A DNA stretch of 64,000 nt from positions 512,001-576,000 of the forward strand of contig OZ240241.1 in the NCBI GenBank assembly GCA_965198115.1, written 5' to 3'. The notes under the pieces are model-generated. The model was not told the DNA's origin, did no database searches, and saw nothing but the letters and a program-made list of their open reading frames with translations. Position numbers and translations under genes: made by a program. How positions within the stretch are numbered: the stretch's first letter is position 1; each line of letters begins with the position of its first letter. The DNA comes from Candidatus Latescibacterota bacterium. GTDB lineage: Bacteria; Latescibacterota; UBA2968. Shown one piece after another: positions 1 to 9,139 of this stretch.

Positions 1-938
1 ACCACCCGGGCCAGAAGGATCGGTTGAATGGATTCGTGCCAGCTCAGAGAAGTCTTCTCCCGATTGAACCTTCTGGATGAGGGAACGCGCCAATTCTTCG
101 CTCTGGACAACGATATGCTGGGCACGCATCTCTCCGGCTGCGCGACGGCGATCCCGATCGTCCCGCATGGCGGTCACTTCAGCGAGTCCACCTCGCACGA
201 GTTTCGAGGTGGGCGCCAGTAGGGCCGCTTGCTCAAGATGATGGATCGCCCGGTCCAGATCACCCGTCTCTACATAGACGGTAGCGATGCCTGTGTGGGC
301 ATCCGTCATATCCGATTTCAACGATAGGGCTTTGGAATACGCGGCTAGGGCTTCTCCAGACCGCCCCATCTTGAATCGAGCGCGTCCTACGTTGACCCAG
401 CGGTGACGAAGGACGAGTCGATGGCCGTCGACTGTTCGAAGTGCGTGAGGGCTGCCGCGATCCGTCCACCGCGTTCCAGCAACGATCCGAGGTTGTTATG
501 GGACTGCTCGTGTCGCGGGTCGTGACGCACTGCTCGCTCGTAGGCGGCCTGTGCACTGTCGAAAGCCCCCGTCCCGAAGAATAGAACACCTAGGTTGTAG
601 TGCGCCTCGGCGAACGTCGAATCAGCACGAATGGCCGCACGGTAATGTGTCAAGGCACTGTCGACTCTTCCCATCCGGATGTGAAGGAAGCCGATGTTGT
701 GCAACGTCTTCACGTCCGTCGAATCCAGCGCCAGCACCTTTCGGTATTCACGGATCGCCTCCTCGAACCGCCCGGCGGCCTGATGCGCATCCGCTTCCTC
801 TTTGTGAATGCGTATCGCCCGTTCCTGACACGCGAAAAGGGCGAGCAAGCATAGGAGGAGGAATGCATTTCCTGACCATAGCCTCCGTGAAGAGTGACGC
901 TCCACTCGATGATTCCTGATGCGATGCTCGATCTTCAC
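1..938 (-). pseudogene. TPR-repeat protein with C-terminal PpiC/parvulin PPIase domain; 1-nt frameshift at ~400; runs off the window edge
   Basis: ORF 387..938 has TPR repeats and stops at FVTAGST*. Restoring one base at ~400 continues TPR (WVNVGRARFKMGRSGEALAAYSKAL) into a rotamase motif (RAQHIVVQSEELARSLIQKVQSGEDFSELARIHSTDPSG). The frameshift may be a sequencing error. Confidence 0.75.
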
Positions 939-947
939 GTTTCGATC

Positions 948-2084
948 TCAGGCGCCCACTTCGGCCGCCACTCGCGGCCGTCGTAACTTCCAGATCATGC
1001 CGTCGTAGACGAAGTGCATGAACGATGTGCTGTAGATGAACAGGAAATACAAATAGGGTGAGATCGAGTGCAGTATCTCGTGGAACACGAACATCACAGC
1101 GATAAGCAGAATCGTGTAAGCGACGATATGGCGGGCGGGGAGAGAGAGCAGTGGAACATCTGTCTTGTGATCCCTGGATTTGCTTTGGAGGGCAAGCCCA
1201 CAGATGGCGAAGTATTCGAAGGCGTGACTGAAGCTAGTTGCGATGAGAAACGCCGTTCCCGATGCGATAGGGCCATAGCCGTACATGACTACCACGCCTG
1301 CAGTGAACAGGATTTTAGGCAGACTTGGGCCATTGGGAGAACAGAACTCGTGAACGAACCAGACCAGTGTCAGAATACCGAGGACAGCGTAGATGATGTT
1401 GACCACCATCGGCCCTGTCGCAGGATCGATCGCGAACCACCCGATGACCGCTCCTACGATGACGAATGCGGAACCAATCGTAACGATCGTCGACCGTCTC
1501 GATTCACCCGTCCACCCCCACAACTCGTCGATCGTCCAGAAGGCTCCTACGAGAATCACCATGCCATAGATCCAGACTGGATGGCTGGACAGGTAGAACA
1601 TGAGACGGCCTTCGACACCAGATTGCATCCCCAGCACGTGGATCATTCCGGCCGCGCCCCATCCGTAGACCACCACCTCGTCCAGCCTCTTGAGTCCCCA
1701 CCGGGTCTTACTCGAATAGATTCTGAGGAGCCCGTATTTCTGCTTCACGAAATGGAAATAGTTGAAAAAGGACCAGAACGTGAACATCTCCGGTTCTGCT
1801 ACCCGGAAGAAGTAGCAGAACCATACGCCTATGACGCAGATCACCGGCACGACAATGTAGGTTCGTCTCCGTCGTGCATATTCCGCGCGGTCCCCGTAGA
1901 CGAGTGGAAATGTGAAATATCGATGGGAGATGAAGAACGTTACTGCGACGAATTGCGCGCTGTCTTCGAGTTCTGGAACGAGCAGGGGCAGCAGGAAGAT
2001 CGCGACCCACCCGACGGAGAAGCAGGAGAGGTCGACGAGCGGACTGATGATCCATCGATTTTGGGGAACAGCGCTATCAGACAT
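948..2084 (-). CDS. Polytopic membrane protein with His motifs, function unknown
   Basis: 378 aa, many hydrophobic segments; motifs SHRYFT, FHFVKQKYG, SHAFEY, MHFVYDGMIWKLR. Confidence 0.8.
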   Translation of the reverse strand: MSDSAVPQNRWIISPLVDLSCFSVGWVAIFLLPLLVPELEDSAQFVAVTFFISHRYFTFPLVYGDRAEYARRRRTYIVVPVICVIGVWFCYFFRVAEPEMFTFWSFFNYFHFVKQKYGLLRIYSSKTRWGLKRLDEVVVYGWGAAGMIHVLGMQSGVEGRLMFYLSSHPVWIYGMVILVGAFWTIDELWGWTGESRRSTIVTIGSAFVIVGAVIGWFAIDPATGPMVVNIIYAVLGILTLVWFVHEFCSPNGPSLPKILFTAGVVVMYGYGPIASGTAFLIATSFSHAFEYFAICGLALQSKSRDHKTDVPLLSLPARHIVAYTILLIAVMFVFHEILHSISPYLYFLFIYSTSFMHFVYDGMIWKLRRPRVAAEVGA

Positions 2085-2216
2085 ACAGGGCTCTTCGATT
2101 CAGAGTCATCGGGACACAGCACACAATGTAATCAGATCAACGCACTCTCCCAACAGGGAGACGCCTGTTCTCCCCGTCCGTGCTTGCTCGGGTCTCATTC
2201 TTGTGGACACAATCAC

Positions 2217-4082
2217 TCACCGACCCAACTGATCCATGCCCGCAAGGGCGGATGGATGATCGGGTGCGACAGCGAGGACGCTTTCCCAATGGGTCCGCGC
2301 TTCTGCTTCACGATGGAATGTGTAGGCGACCCAGCCGAGCGCGGCCCGTGCGTTAAGGGTGGATGGATCGGCCTCGATGGCGTCCACATACGCTTTGCCT
2401 GCCTCCTCGTATCGTCCCGATTTGAAGAGGATGTTTCCGAGATTCGTGTGGGCCTCCGAGAATCCGGGGTTGAGCTGGATGGCGCGCCGATAGGCCTTCT
2501 CCGCCGATGCAACATCTCCCGTGGCAACGTAAGCCGCACCGAGGTTGTAATAAAGACTGGGAAAGCTCCCACCCGCGTCGCGCGCCTTCTCGAACCACGG
2601 GAGGGCGCGGGCGAAATCGCCGGCATAGACGTATGAGGTGGCGAGGTTGAAGGGGTCGGCGCTTCGATCGACGGGCCAGAGTGCACGTTCCGCCCGGTAG
2701 GCGAACACGAGAACCGCGAGTACCGCGGCCGATGGAAGTAGAGACCGCCATCGACCCCTGCGGTAGGCGTCGATGAGAATCGATAGACCGACTCCGGCGA
2801 AACAGGCGACGACCGGGAGTGCCGGCGTGCGATACCGGCCAGAGACGTGGAAAGCTATCACCGTGGCCGCATAGGCGCCCAGGATGACGATCCAATCTCG
2901 CGACAGTCGTCTTCTGCGGATGATGTGGACCACGCCCATCACGGCGAGTGGGTAGATGAGCCACAACTGTCCGATTGGCAGGTTCAATGCGGGGCTGAAC
3001 TGTCGTTGATATTCATACGTGTAGTTGAGGGGTTGTTCGTGGGCGGACAGGAAGAGCCGCATCTTTCGGAGGAGAACACGGCTTGCTTCAATCGGGTCTA
3101 AGACGATGAACAGGAGCCCCTGCCTGAACCAGTAGGAGGAGACTTCGTGGTCCGTCAGGCTGCGGCCGACGTCGGCCTCAGCAAGGCGCCGGGGGCCTTC
3201 CAGATTGCCTCTAGGCGCATCGGGTGTGATGTCCGCTCGCATCCCGAGGGGTGGCTCGAACCACCCGGGTGCCCCTGCGTGGTTGCCCATGTAGAAGTTG
3301 ATGCCTCCGTGCGAGGTCAGGGGTGTCCATACACCCGCGACCATCCCGTTACGCAGCAGTGCGAGCAGCAGAGGCAAAGAGACGCCGAGAATGTGGGGCC
3401 ATCGTCGGATCCACGCCGACCATACCCGCAGCTGACCCTGTTCCAGGAGAGTCCACAGGAAGTAGGTCGGGACAAGCACGAGCGCGTTCGGACGAACCAG
3501 ACCGACGAGTCCAAGACAGAGCCCTGCGATCGCGAGCGGGCGCGGCCGATCCGTCTGGCGCCATTGTTCGGCACAGAACAGAAAGGTCACGATGAGGGAC
3601 ACAGCGAGCGATGTTCCGAGCATCATCGTCTCGTAAAACATCAGCGTTCCAAGAGAGCCGTAAAGGATGCCAGCGGCCAAAGCGGCTGATCGACCGAATC
3701 GACCCTCTACGAGACGATAAATCAGACCCGAACACAGAACGCCAAGAAAGGATTGAAGGATCAGGACGAGCGTTGGAAGGTGACCGACGATCGTGTATAT
3801 GAGACCGACGACGTAGGCGTAAAGGGGTGGCAGGACAAACAACGCCGAGTCGCCGATCCAATCGCCATCCGCAATCCGGAGCGCCCAGTTGTCGAAAATC
3901 TTGGCGTCGGAGATGAGTGTGTCGGCATAGGGGCTTCCGGTAAGGAAGCTGTAGAGGTTGATGATGCGGAGGAGCGTTGCCCAGGCGATGACGATCGCGA
4001 GGCGAGGGATTCGAGGTGGCGGGCTATTGTGACGTGATGATGGCATCGATCGTACGGTTGGTGGCGAGTTGTGTCGCAGCAA
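2217..4082 (-). CDS. GT-C-fold (GT39/PMT-like) membrane glycosyltransferase with C-terminal TPR repeats
   Basis: Early acidic loop (ISDAKIFD..A), PPLY motif, multiple TM helices, GGINFYMGN, RYRxP, then TPRs. Start may be ATG 4046. Confidence 0.8.
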   Translation of the reverse strand: MLRHNSPPTVRSMPSSRHNSPPPRIPRLAIVIAWATLLRIINLYSFLTGSPYADTLISDAKIFDNWALRIADGDWIGDSALFVLPPLYAYVVGLIYTIVGHLPTLVLILQSFLGVLCSGLIYRLVEGRFGRSAALAAGILYGSLGTLMFYETMMLGTSLAVSLIVTFLFCAEQWRQTDRPRPLAIAGLCLGLVGLVRPNALVLVPTYFLWTLLEQGQLRVWSAWIRRWPHILGVSLPLLLALLRNGMVAGVWTPLTSHGGINFYMGNHAGAPGWFEPPLGMRADITPDAPRGNLEGPRRLAEADVGRSLTDHEVSSYWFRQGLLFIVLDPIEASRVLLRKMRLFLSAHEQPLNYTYEYQRQFSPALNLPIGQLWLIYPLAVMGVVHIIRRRRLSRDWIVILGAYAATVIAFHVSGRYRTPALPVVACFAGVGLSILIDAYRRGRWRSLLPSAAVLAVLVFAYRAERALWPVDRSADPFNLATSYVYAGDFARALPWFEKARDAGGSFPSLYYNLGAAYVATGDVASAEKAYRRAIQLNPGFSEAHTNLGNILFKSGRYEEAGKAYVDAIEADPSTLNARAALGWVAYTFHREAEARTHWESVLAVAPDHPSALAGMDQLGR

Positions 4083-4094
4083 GGACCTGGTCAG

Positions 4095-4123
4095 AGGGTA
4101 TGCGGAGGCCGGTGTAGTGTCAA
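4095..4123 (-). promoter_or_regulatory. Putative sigma70 promoter of the GT-C/TPR gene
   Basis: Minus strand TTGACA-17 bp-TACCCT just upstream of the gene. Confidence 0.55.
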
Positions 4124-4130
4124 CCGTCTA

Positions 4131-5296
4131 GTGTCACGTCCCAGGAATAACTAGAAAAATATTCGATTCTGTCGTATGGTTCCTCAAGCACTCATTCTTG
4201 GGAGGAACCGATGGCTAGAGGTCGTCCGTTACAGCCACTGAACATCAGTGATGAGGTCCACGATCAACTCGAGTCATTGTCTCGTTCGCGTAGCATGTCT
4301 CACGCTTTGGTGCGTCGCGCGAAGATCGTCTTGATGAGCGATTGCGGTCTGACCAATCAGGAGATCGCGGAACGAGTCGGGTTGTCCGGAGCGTCTGTCG
4401 GCAAGTGGCGTCGTCGCTTCTGCGAGCAAGGCTTGATGGGACTGTATGACGAATTGCGTCCTGGAGGGCCACGGTCGGTCAGCGACGAAGAGATCTCCTC
4501 CCTCATCTACAAGACGCTCAAGAAGCAACCGAAGGGTGCCACCCACTGGACCTGTCGTTCGATGGCCGACGAGACGGGGCTCTCCAAGTCCTCGGTTCAA
4601 CGTGTATGGAAAGCTTTTGGACTGCAACCGCATCGACAGAAGCACTTCAAACTGTCGAACGATCCCTTCTTCGTCGAGAAAGTCAGGGATATCGTCGGTC
4701 TATACCTGAACCCACCGGACAACGCGATGGTGCTCTGTGTAGACGAGAAGAGCCAGATTCAAGCACTCGAACGGACACAACCGATTCTTCCTTTGGGTCT
4801 CGGATACGTCGAGGGCGTCACTCACAGCTATATCCGGAACGGCACGACCACCCTCTTTGCAGCGCTCAACATCGCATCCGGCAAAGTTCTGACTCAGTGC
4901 AAGCCCAGACACCGCAACAAAGAGTTCCTTCAGTTCCTCAAGCACATCGACAAGAACGTCCCAAAGGATCTCGACATCCATCTGGTCGTCGATAATTACG
5001 GCACGCACAAGCACCCGAACGTCAAGCGTTGGCTCGCCTCACGGAAACGATATCACGTGCACTACACACCAACATATGCCTCCTGGCTGAACCAGGTAGA
5101 GATCTGGTTCGGTATCATCACCCAAAGAGCCATTCGACGAGGCACCTTCAGAAGCGTCAAGGACCTGATCGCCTGCATCAAGAAATTCACTGATCACTAC
5201 AACGAGAATTCTACACCCTTCGTCTGGACCGCCACGGCAGATTCAATCCTCGAGAAAGTCCATAAACTTTTGAAGCTTATACGCGGGACGTGACAC
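4131..5296 (+). mobile_element. IS630-family insertion sequence, apparently intact
   Basis: TIRs GTGTCACGTCCC (4131) / GGGACGTGACAC (to 5296); TA duplication at 4129-4130 and 5297-5298 in CTAG context. Confidence 0.93.
4211..5293 (+). CDS. IS630-family DDE transposase
   Basis: N-terminal HTH; VDEKSQIQAL, VVDNYGTHK, ASWLNQVEIWF motifs. Confidence 0.95.
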   Translation: MARGRPLQPLNISDEVHDQLESLSRSRSMSHALVRRAKIVLMSDCGLTNQEIAERVGLSGASVGKWRRRFCEQGLMGLYDELRPGGPRSVSDEEISSLIYKTLKKQPKGATHWTCRSMADETGLSKSSVQRVWKAFGLQPHRQKHFKLSNDPFFVEKVRDIVGLYLNPPDNAMVLCVDEKSQIQALERTQPILPLGLGYVEGVTHSYIRNGTTTLFAALNIASGKVLTQCKPRHRNKEFLQFLKHIDKNVPKDLDIHLVVDNYGTHKHPNVKRWLASRKRYHVHYTPTYASWLNQVEIWFGIITQRAIRRGTFRSVKDLIACIKKFTDHYNENSTPFVWTATADSILEKVHKLLKLIRGT

Positions 5297-5460
5297 TAGT
5301 GGCCTGTCACGAAAGTAGCACTGGACTTTTGCTGCCAGACTGAGCGGCGTCAGTTCGAGCACCTCGGCTTCGCTCGGCACAGGCTCCGTCGAGAACACGC
5401 CCATTACGAATCTCCTGCTCTCTCCTGATTCTAAAGGGCGATTAACGTAGCAGCCCACTA
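5297..5460. mobile_element. MITE-like non-autonomous element (~164 bp)
   Basis: Imperfect TIRs TAGTGGCCTGTCACG vs TAGTGGGCTGCTACG (12/15), CTAG at both ends, no transposase. Confidence 0.5.
5349..5396. repeat. Nested REP-like palindromic repeat
   Basis: gtcagttcgagc[cctcggcttcgctcggcacagg]..gtcgagaac; the inner unit is similar to the reverse complement of 60038-60060. Confidence 0.5.
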
Positions 5461-5532
5461 GTACAGGAGGCGAGGATGGTCACATCGGACCGGAAGTAGA
5501 TCCATCAGATTGGCTATGTGTCCGTGCCGCAC

Positions 5533-5575
5533 AAAAAAAGAAACGGCGGCAGGACTCGCGTCCCACCGCCGTTCT
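5533..5575 (-). terminator. Intrinsic terminator of the TBDR-cargo-PorV operon
   Basis: Minus strand aacggcggtgggac-gcga-gtcctgccgccgtt followed by a T-tract. Confidence 0.85.
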
Positions 5576-5596
5576 CGTAAACTGACGTTCTTCGTG

Positions 5597-6685
5597 TTAG
5601 AACGTAACCGCCACGGTGAACATCTGGACGGCATCGAAGAACTCGGAGAGGAAGTGCTTGTAAGCATAGTCGGCGCGGAAACCGCGTCCTTCCTCGTTTG
5701 CCCAGTTGAAGCCGCCACCGAGGGAGTAATCTTCGGTGTCGTGGTTGAACTTGTAGCCACCTCGCAACGCGAAGCCGATGGACTGATCGGGTCGTTTGTA
5801 GCGGTATTCTGTCCCGAAGAGCCATCTTTCGTCGAAGTCGATTGGGGAGTCGATTTCGGCGATGATGTCGAAATGGTGGGGTACCGGCGTGCTGCCGCCC
5901 ATGGAAATGGCGTCGATCACGAGCCCGAGGCGAAACGCCCTCGGAAGCTCGAACCGCTCACGCTGATACTCTTTCTCTTCGCTGAAGTTCCGAACACTCA
6001 TGGCGAGCACCGTGTTCCGGAACCCGGTGTTGAAGTAGGTTCCCAGATCAACGGATACGGCGTTGATGTCCGCCGAGCCCGAAGGCAGCGGCAGCTCCTG
6101 GTGCGCCAGACGGAGCATTGCACCGACGCTGAATCGGTCGGTGATCTGGAAGCCCCATCCAGCGGAGAGGGCGTAGTCGGTGGTACTGAATGTGCCTGTA
6201 GATGTGAAACCCTCGCTAGCTGGGTTGGGATCAATGGCGGTACCGTTGATCGACCCCGAGTCGTGGGTGATGAATCCGACACCGAAGCTTCCCGGGATGC
6301 CTTCGAACTGCATCACGACACCGCCGACGTCGTGCTTGGTGTTGGCGATCCACTCGGCGTGTGTGAAGAACACCTCACGGTTGTAGGCGAAGCCGAGCAA
6401 GCCGGGGTTCAAGAACACTGCGCCCGGCCCGTCGCCGACGAGCCCCGTACCGGCGTCGGCCAAAGCCGCACGCCGCGCATCGGTGGGAAAGCCGAGGAAG
6501 ATCAGTCCGCTCTGTGCCACCTTGACGGCCGAGGGTCTGGCTTCCTCCTGGTTGGGATAGGTGGGTCCGATGTCCCGGATGAGGGTGCCCCCGAGGACGC
6601 GCGGATCGACGAACTGTGCGTCGGCCTGGGCAATGGGCAGGGCCATCGCCAGCAGGCAGACCCAGATCAACTTTCGATATGTCAC
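5597..6685 (-). CDS. PorV/PorQ-like (FadL-fold) outer-membrane barrel
   Basis: Signal peptide; FLGFPTDARRAALADA and AVFLNPGLLG motifs typical of the PorV family; beta-strand periodicity; C-terminal Phe. Confidence 0.85.
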   Translation of the reverse strand: MTYRKLIWVCLLAMALPIAQADAQFVDPRVLGGTLIRDIGPTYPNQEEARPSAVKVAQSGLIFLGFPTDARRAALADAGTGLVGDGPGAVFLNPGLLGFAYNREVFFTHAEWIANTKHDVGGVVMQFEGIPGSFGVGFITHDSGSINGTAIDPNPASEGFTSTGTFSTTDYALSAGWGFQITDRFSVGAMLRLAHQELPLPSGSADINAVSVDLGTYFNTGFRNTVLAMSVRNFSEEKEYQRERFELPRAFRLGLVIDAISMGGSTPVPHHFDIIAEIDSPIDFDERWLFGTEYRYKRPDQSIGFALRGGYKFNHDTEDYSLGGGFNWANEEGRGFRADYAYKHFLSEFFDAVQMFTVAVTF

Positions 6686-6713
6686 AACTGCCTCCTTGTT
6701 GGTCTCAGGGTGC

Positions 6714-9044
6714 CTACCGGACGACGACGAACTTCTCGATGTCGCTCTGGCCCGAGGCTGGATCCGTGATGTGGGCGACGTAGATGCCGCTCACGATGAA
6801 CTGGTTGTTGTCGTTGGCCATCAACGCCCACTCCTCGTCGCCGGAACCGGAGGTGTGATCGAGACGCGTGACAAGGTCGCCATTCAGCGTGAAGATGCGA
6901 ATGATGGCGTTGGCCGGCAGGTTCACGAAAAGCAGCTTGTTGGGCTGCCCCGTAAAGTTCGTGCCGCCCCCCGCGAGGTCACCACCCAGAATGCTGTAGG
7001 GGTTGGGGACCACGCGAACCTGCGCAAGATCGTTGACGGGTTCCGAGAAGGAACTGACACCGGTGCCGCCGTTGCGTGTGGCAAAGATGCTGCTTTCCTG
7101 CCCTTCGGCGTCCACGGCGGTGACCGCGTAGAAGTTGCGTTCGCCGCGGATGACGTCCGTGTCTGTGAAGCTGGTGCCTGTGAGCAGCGTTGAGCCGTTA
7201 AGCGGTACTGGCGGGTCCGCCAGATTGGTTTCGTGACCCGCCATCCTGTAGAGGTTGTATCCGACGGCCCCTGTTGCGGTGCCCCAGGAAATCTCGTTCT
7301 GCTCCGGACCCGAATTGTAGGTTGCCGTTGTGGGCCACGACGGTCCTAGCGGAAGGCTGGGCGACCAGCCGATCGGCCAGATAATGGGGGTTGTCGTCCC
7401 CCCTTCCACGTTTCCGGGAACCTCGACTCGATTCGCCCAGGCCTGGCGCGCCTGATCCACGCCCTGCATCAGAGAGTCCAGACCACTGTCGAGAAAAGCC
7501 TCCTTCTCGGCGAACGAGATGGCGCCGGAGGACCACTGGCCTCCCACAAGCTGGTTGTCGGTGGTGTGTGGGCCGGCCACGATCCAGGCTTCCACCGTGT
7601 GGACCCACTGATCTTGGAGGAGGGTCCACGGCCCCCAGGTCACTTCGTAGGTGTGATCCGCCACTTCGGTGGGCTGGAAGTCTGGCGCATCGCTGGCTGC
7701 TGTCGCGATCCGTTCCGCCCGGGTGGTGAGGCCGGGCTGCACGATGAAATCGTAGGTCTGGTCCCGGGTGTTTCCGTCCGTGGAAACCCAGTTGTTGCCG
7801 TCGACCCGTTGTAGGCCGTGTGGCTGGGCCGTATCGTCGGTGGGTGCTATCTGGCTAATTGCATTGTTGGAATCGTCGAAATCCTGGAAACCCATAGGTT
7901 CCATAGAAGCATACAGCCAGAGCTTCCCTTTGTACTCGCTCTCCATAAACTCGCCCGCCGTGATTCGGGCCTCGGCGGCCAAAGTGAGCGACTGGTGACC
8001 GGATGGTGGCGCCGGCTCTCCACGGTCGTCGCCGTCGGACCGATAGCCCGCTGCGATGGCCGAATCGCCGTCGCGGCCGTAGAGCAGCACCGCCCTCGGA
8101 CCGCTCCCGGATGCTGCTTGTCCGCCCTCCGGAGCATTGAAGGGCGGGAGTGCGTCAGCGGCAGGGATCGTTCGCGTCAGGTTGTCCTCGAAGAAATAGA
8201 GCTCGTCCCATTCGCCCACGGCACCGAGGTTGGCCACCTTGTGTCTCGACCCCGACTCAATATCCCCTGAGGCCCTGACTTCGCCGGCGGGGCCCTGCCC
8301 ATTACCCCTGAGGAACATGACGTTCCCCGCGATGTAAAGGCCGGCGAAATCGTTTGCGTCGACATCCGATTGTAACATCGTGTCCGCACCCCGCGGGCCC
8401 ACTCTCTGGTCGGGCTGCCAGGACGGAGTCGGGCGGCCGTAACTCCGAATCAGGATGAACATTTGATCCTGCTCCGGACTCTGCCAGGCGTAGAGCCTTC
8501 TTCGCTCGGTGATGCCCCCCGCGTAGCTGACCTCCAGGGGGATCAACAGATCGGCGGTCAGGCTTGGCACCACCTGGTCCTTCCGGCTGTCGAAGAGGGT
8601 CCACCGCGTTTGCCCGAAGTTCACCCCATCCTGCGTGACTGTCGGCGGCGCGTTGCGGAAAATCTTCGGGCTGATTCCGTCACCGCCTGTCTCGAAGTAG
8701 GTGCGCGAGAAATCCAGAGCGTCGGCTTTGTGGTCGAGCACCATCTTTCCAACGTTCGTGCCGAACAACTCTCTGTTGGCGGCCGCAAACGGTTCGAAAT
8801 ATGACGGCGTTGTGAAGTTGTCTACGGCGTAGGCCCACAGTCCGTCCATAATCCGAGCATTCTCGACGGCAACGTCGGGATTTGTCACGTTCGTCGCTCG
8901 ACCGCCAGGGCTGCTAAGACTGACGTAATAGTCGATGTTGGGCCAGATGCCCCACATCCGTCCAATCCATTGCGCGCCGGCATCTCCAGAGGGAGCGAGG
9001 AGCCCCGCGCAAAACAATAGTATCAAGAGTATTCTGTGTGTCAC
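6714..9044 (-). CDS. Secreted protein with FN3-like domain and T9SS-type C-terminal sorting domain
   Basis: Signal peptide; GYNLYR...FTDTDV...FYAVTAVD (FN3-like); VRVVPNPY...IRIFTLNGDLV...SGIYVAHI...KFVVVR (CTD-like). Confidence 0.82.
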   Translation of the reverse strand: MTHRILLILLFCAGLLAPSGDAGAQWIGRMWGIWPNIDYYVSLSSPGGRATNVTNPDVAVENARIMDGLWAYAVDNFTTPSYFEPFAAANRELFGTNVGKMVLDHKADALDFSRTYFETGGDGISPKIFRNAPPTVTQDGVNFGQTRWTLFDSRKDQVVPSLTADLLIPLEVSYAGGITERRRLYAWQSPEQDQMFILIRSYGRPTPSWQPDQRVGPRGADTMLQSDVDANDFAGLYIAGNVMFLRGNGQGPAGEVRASGDIESGSRHKVANLGAVGEWDELYFFEDNLTRTIPAADALPPFNAPEGGQAASGSGPRAVLLYGRDGDSAIAAGYRSDGDDRGEPAPPSGHQSLTLAAEARITAGEFMESEYKGKLWLYASMEPMGFQDFDDSNNAISQIAPTDDTAQPHGLQRVDGNNWVSTDGNTRDQTYDFIVQPGLTTRAERIATAASDAPDFQPTEVADHTYEVTWGPWTLLQDQWVHTVEAWIVAGPHTTDNQLVGGQWSSGAISFAEKEAFLDSGLDSLMQGVDQARQAWANRVEVPGNVEGGTTTPIIWPIGWSPSLPLGPSWPTTATYNSGPEQNEISWGTATGAVGYNLYRMAGHETNLADPPVPLNGSTLLTGTSFTDTDVIRGERNFYAVTAVDAEGQESSIFATRNGGTGVSSFSEPVNDLAQVRVVPNPYSILGGDLAGGGTNFTGQPNKLLFVNLPANAIIRIFTLNGDLVTRLDHTSGSGDEEWALMANDNNQFIVSGIYVAHITDPASGQSDIEKFVVVR

Positions 9045-9087
9045 GTTCTTCTCCTATGCGTGAGTTACGTCGGTGTGTTTAGCCAGT

Positions 9088-9129
9088 TCGGCCTTCCCGG
9101 GACCGGCCAGCGGCCCCGGGAAGGACCGA
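9088..9129. promoter_or_regulatory. Intergenic GC-rich stem-loop between the TBDR and cargo genes
   Basis: ccttcccggg...cccgggaagg inverted repeat without a clear U-tract; possible mRNA-stabilising hairpin. Confidence 0.5.
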
Positions 9130-9139
9130 CGAAACCTGC

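Noticed and set aside
4018-4076. RHNSPP duplicated at the GT-C N-terminus
   Set aside because: Short, partly upstream of the alternative ATG 4046, and no evidence of function.
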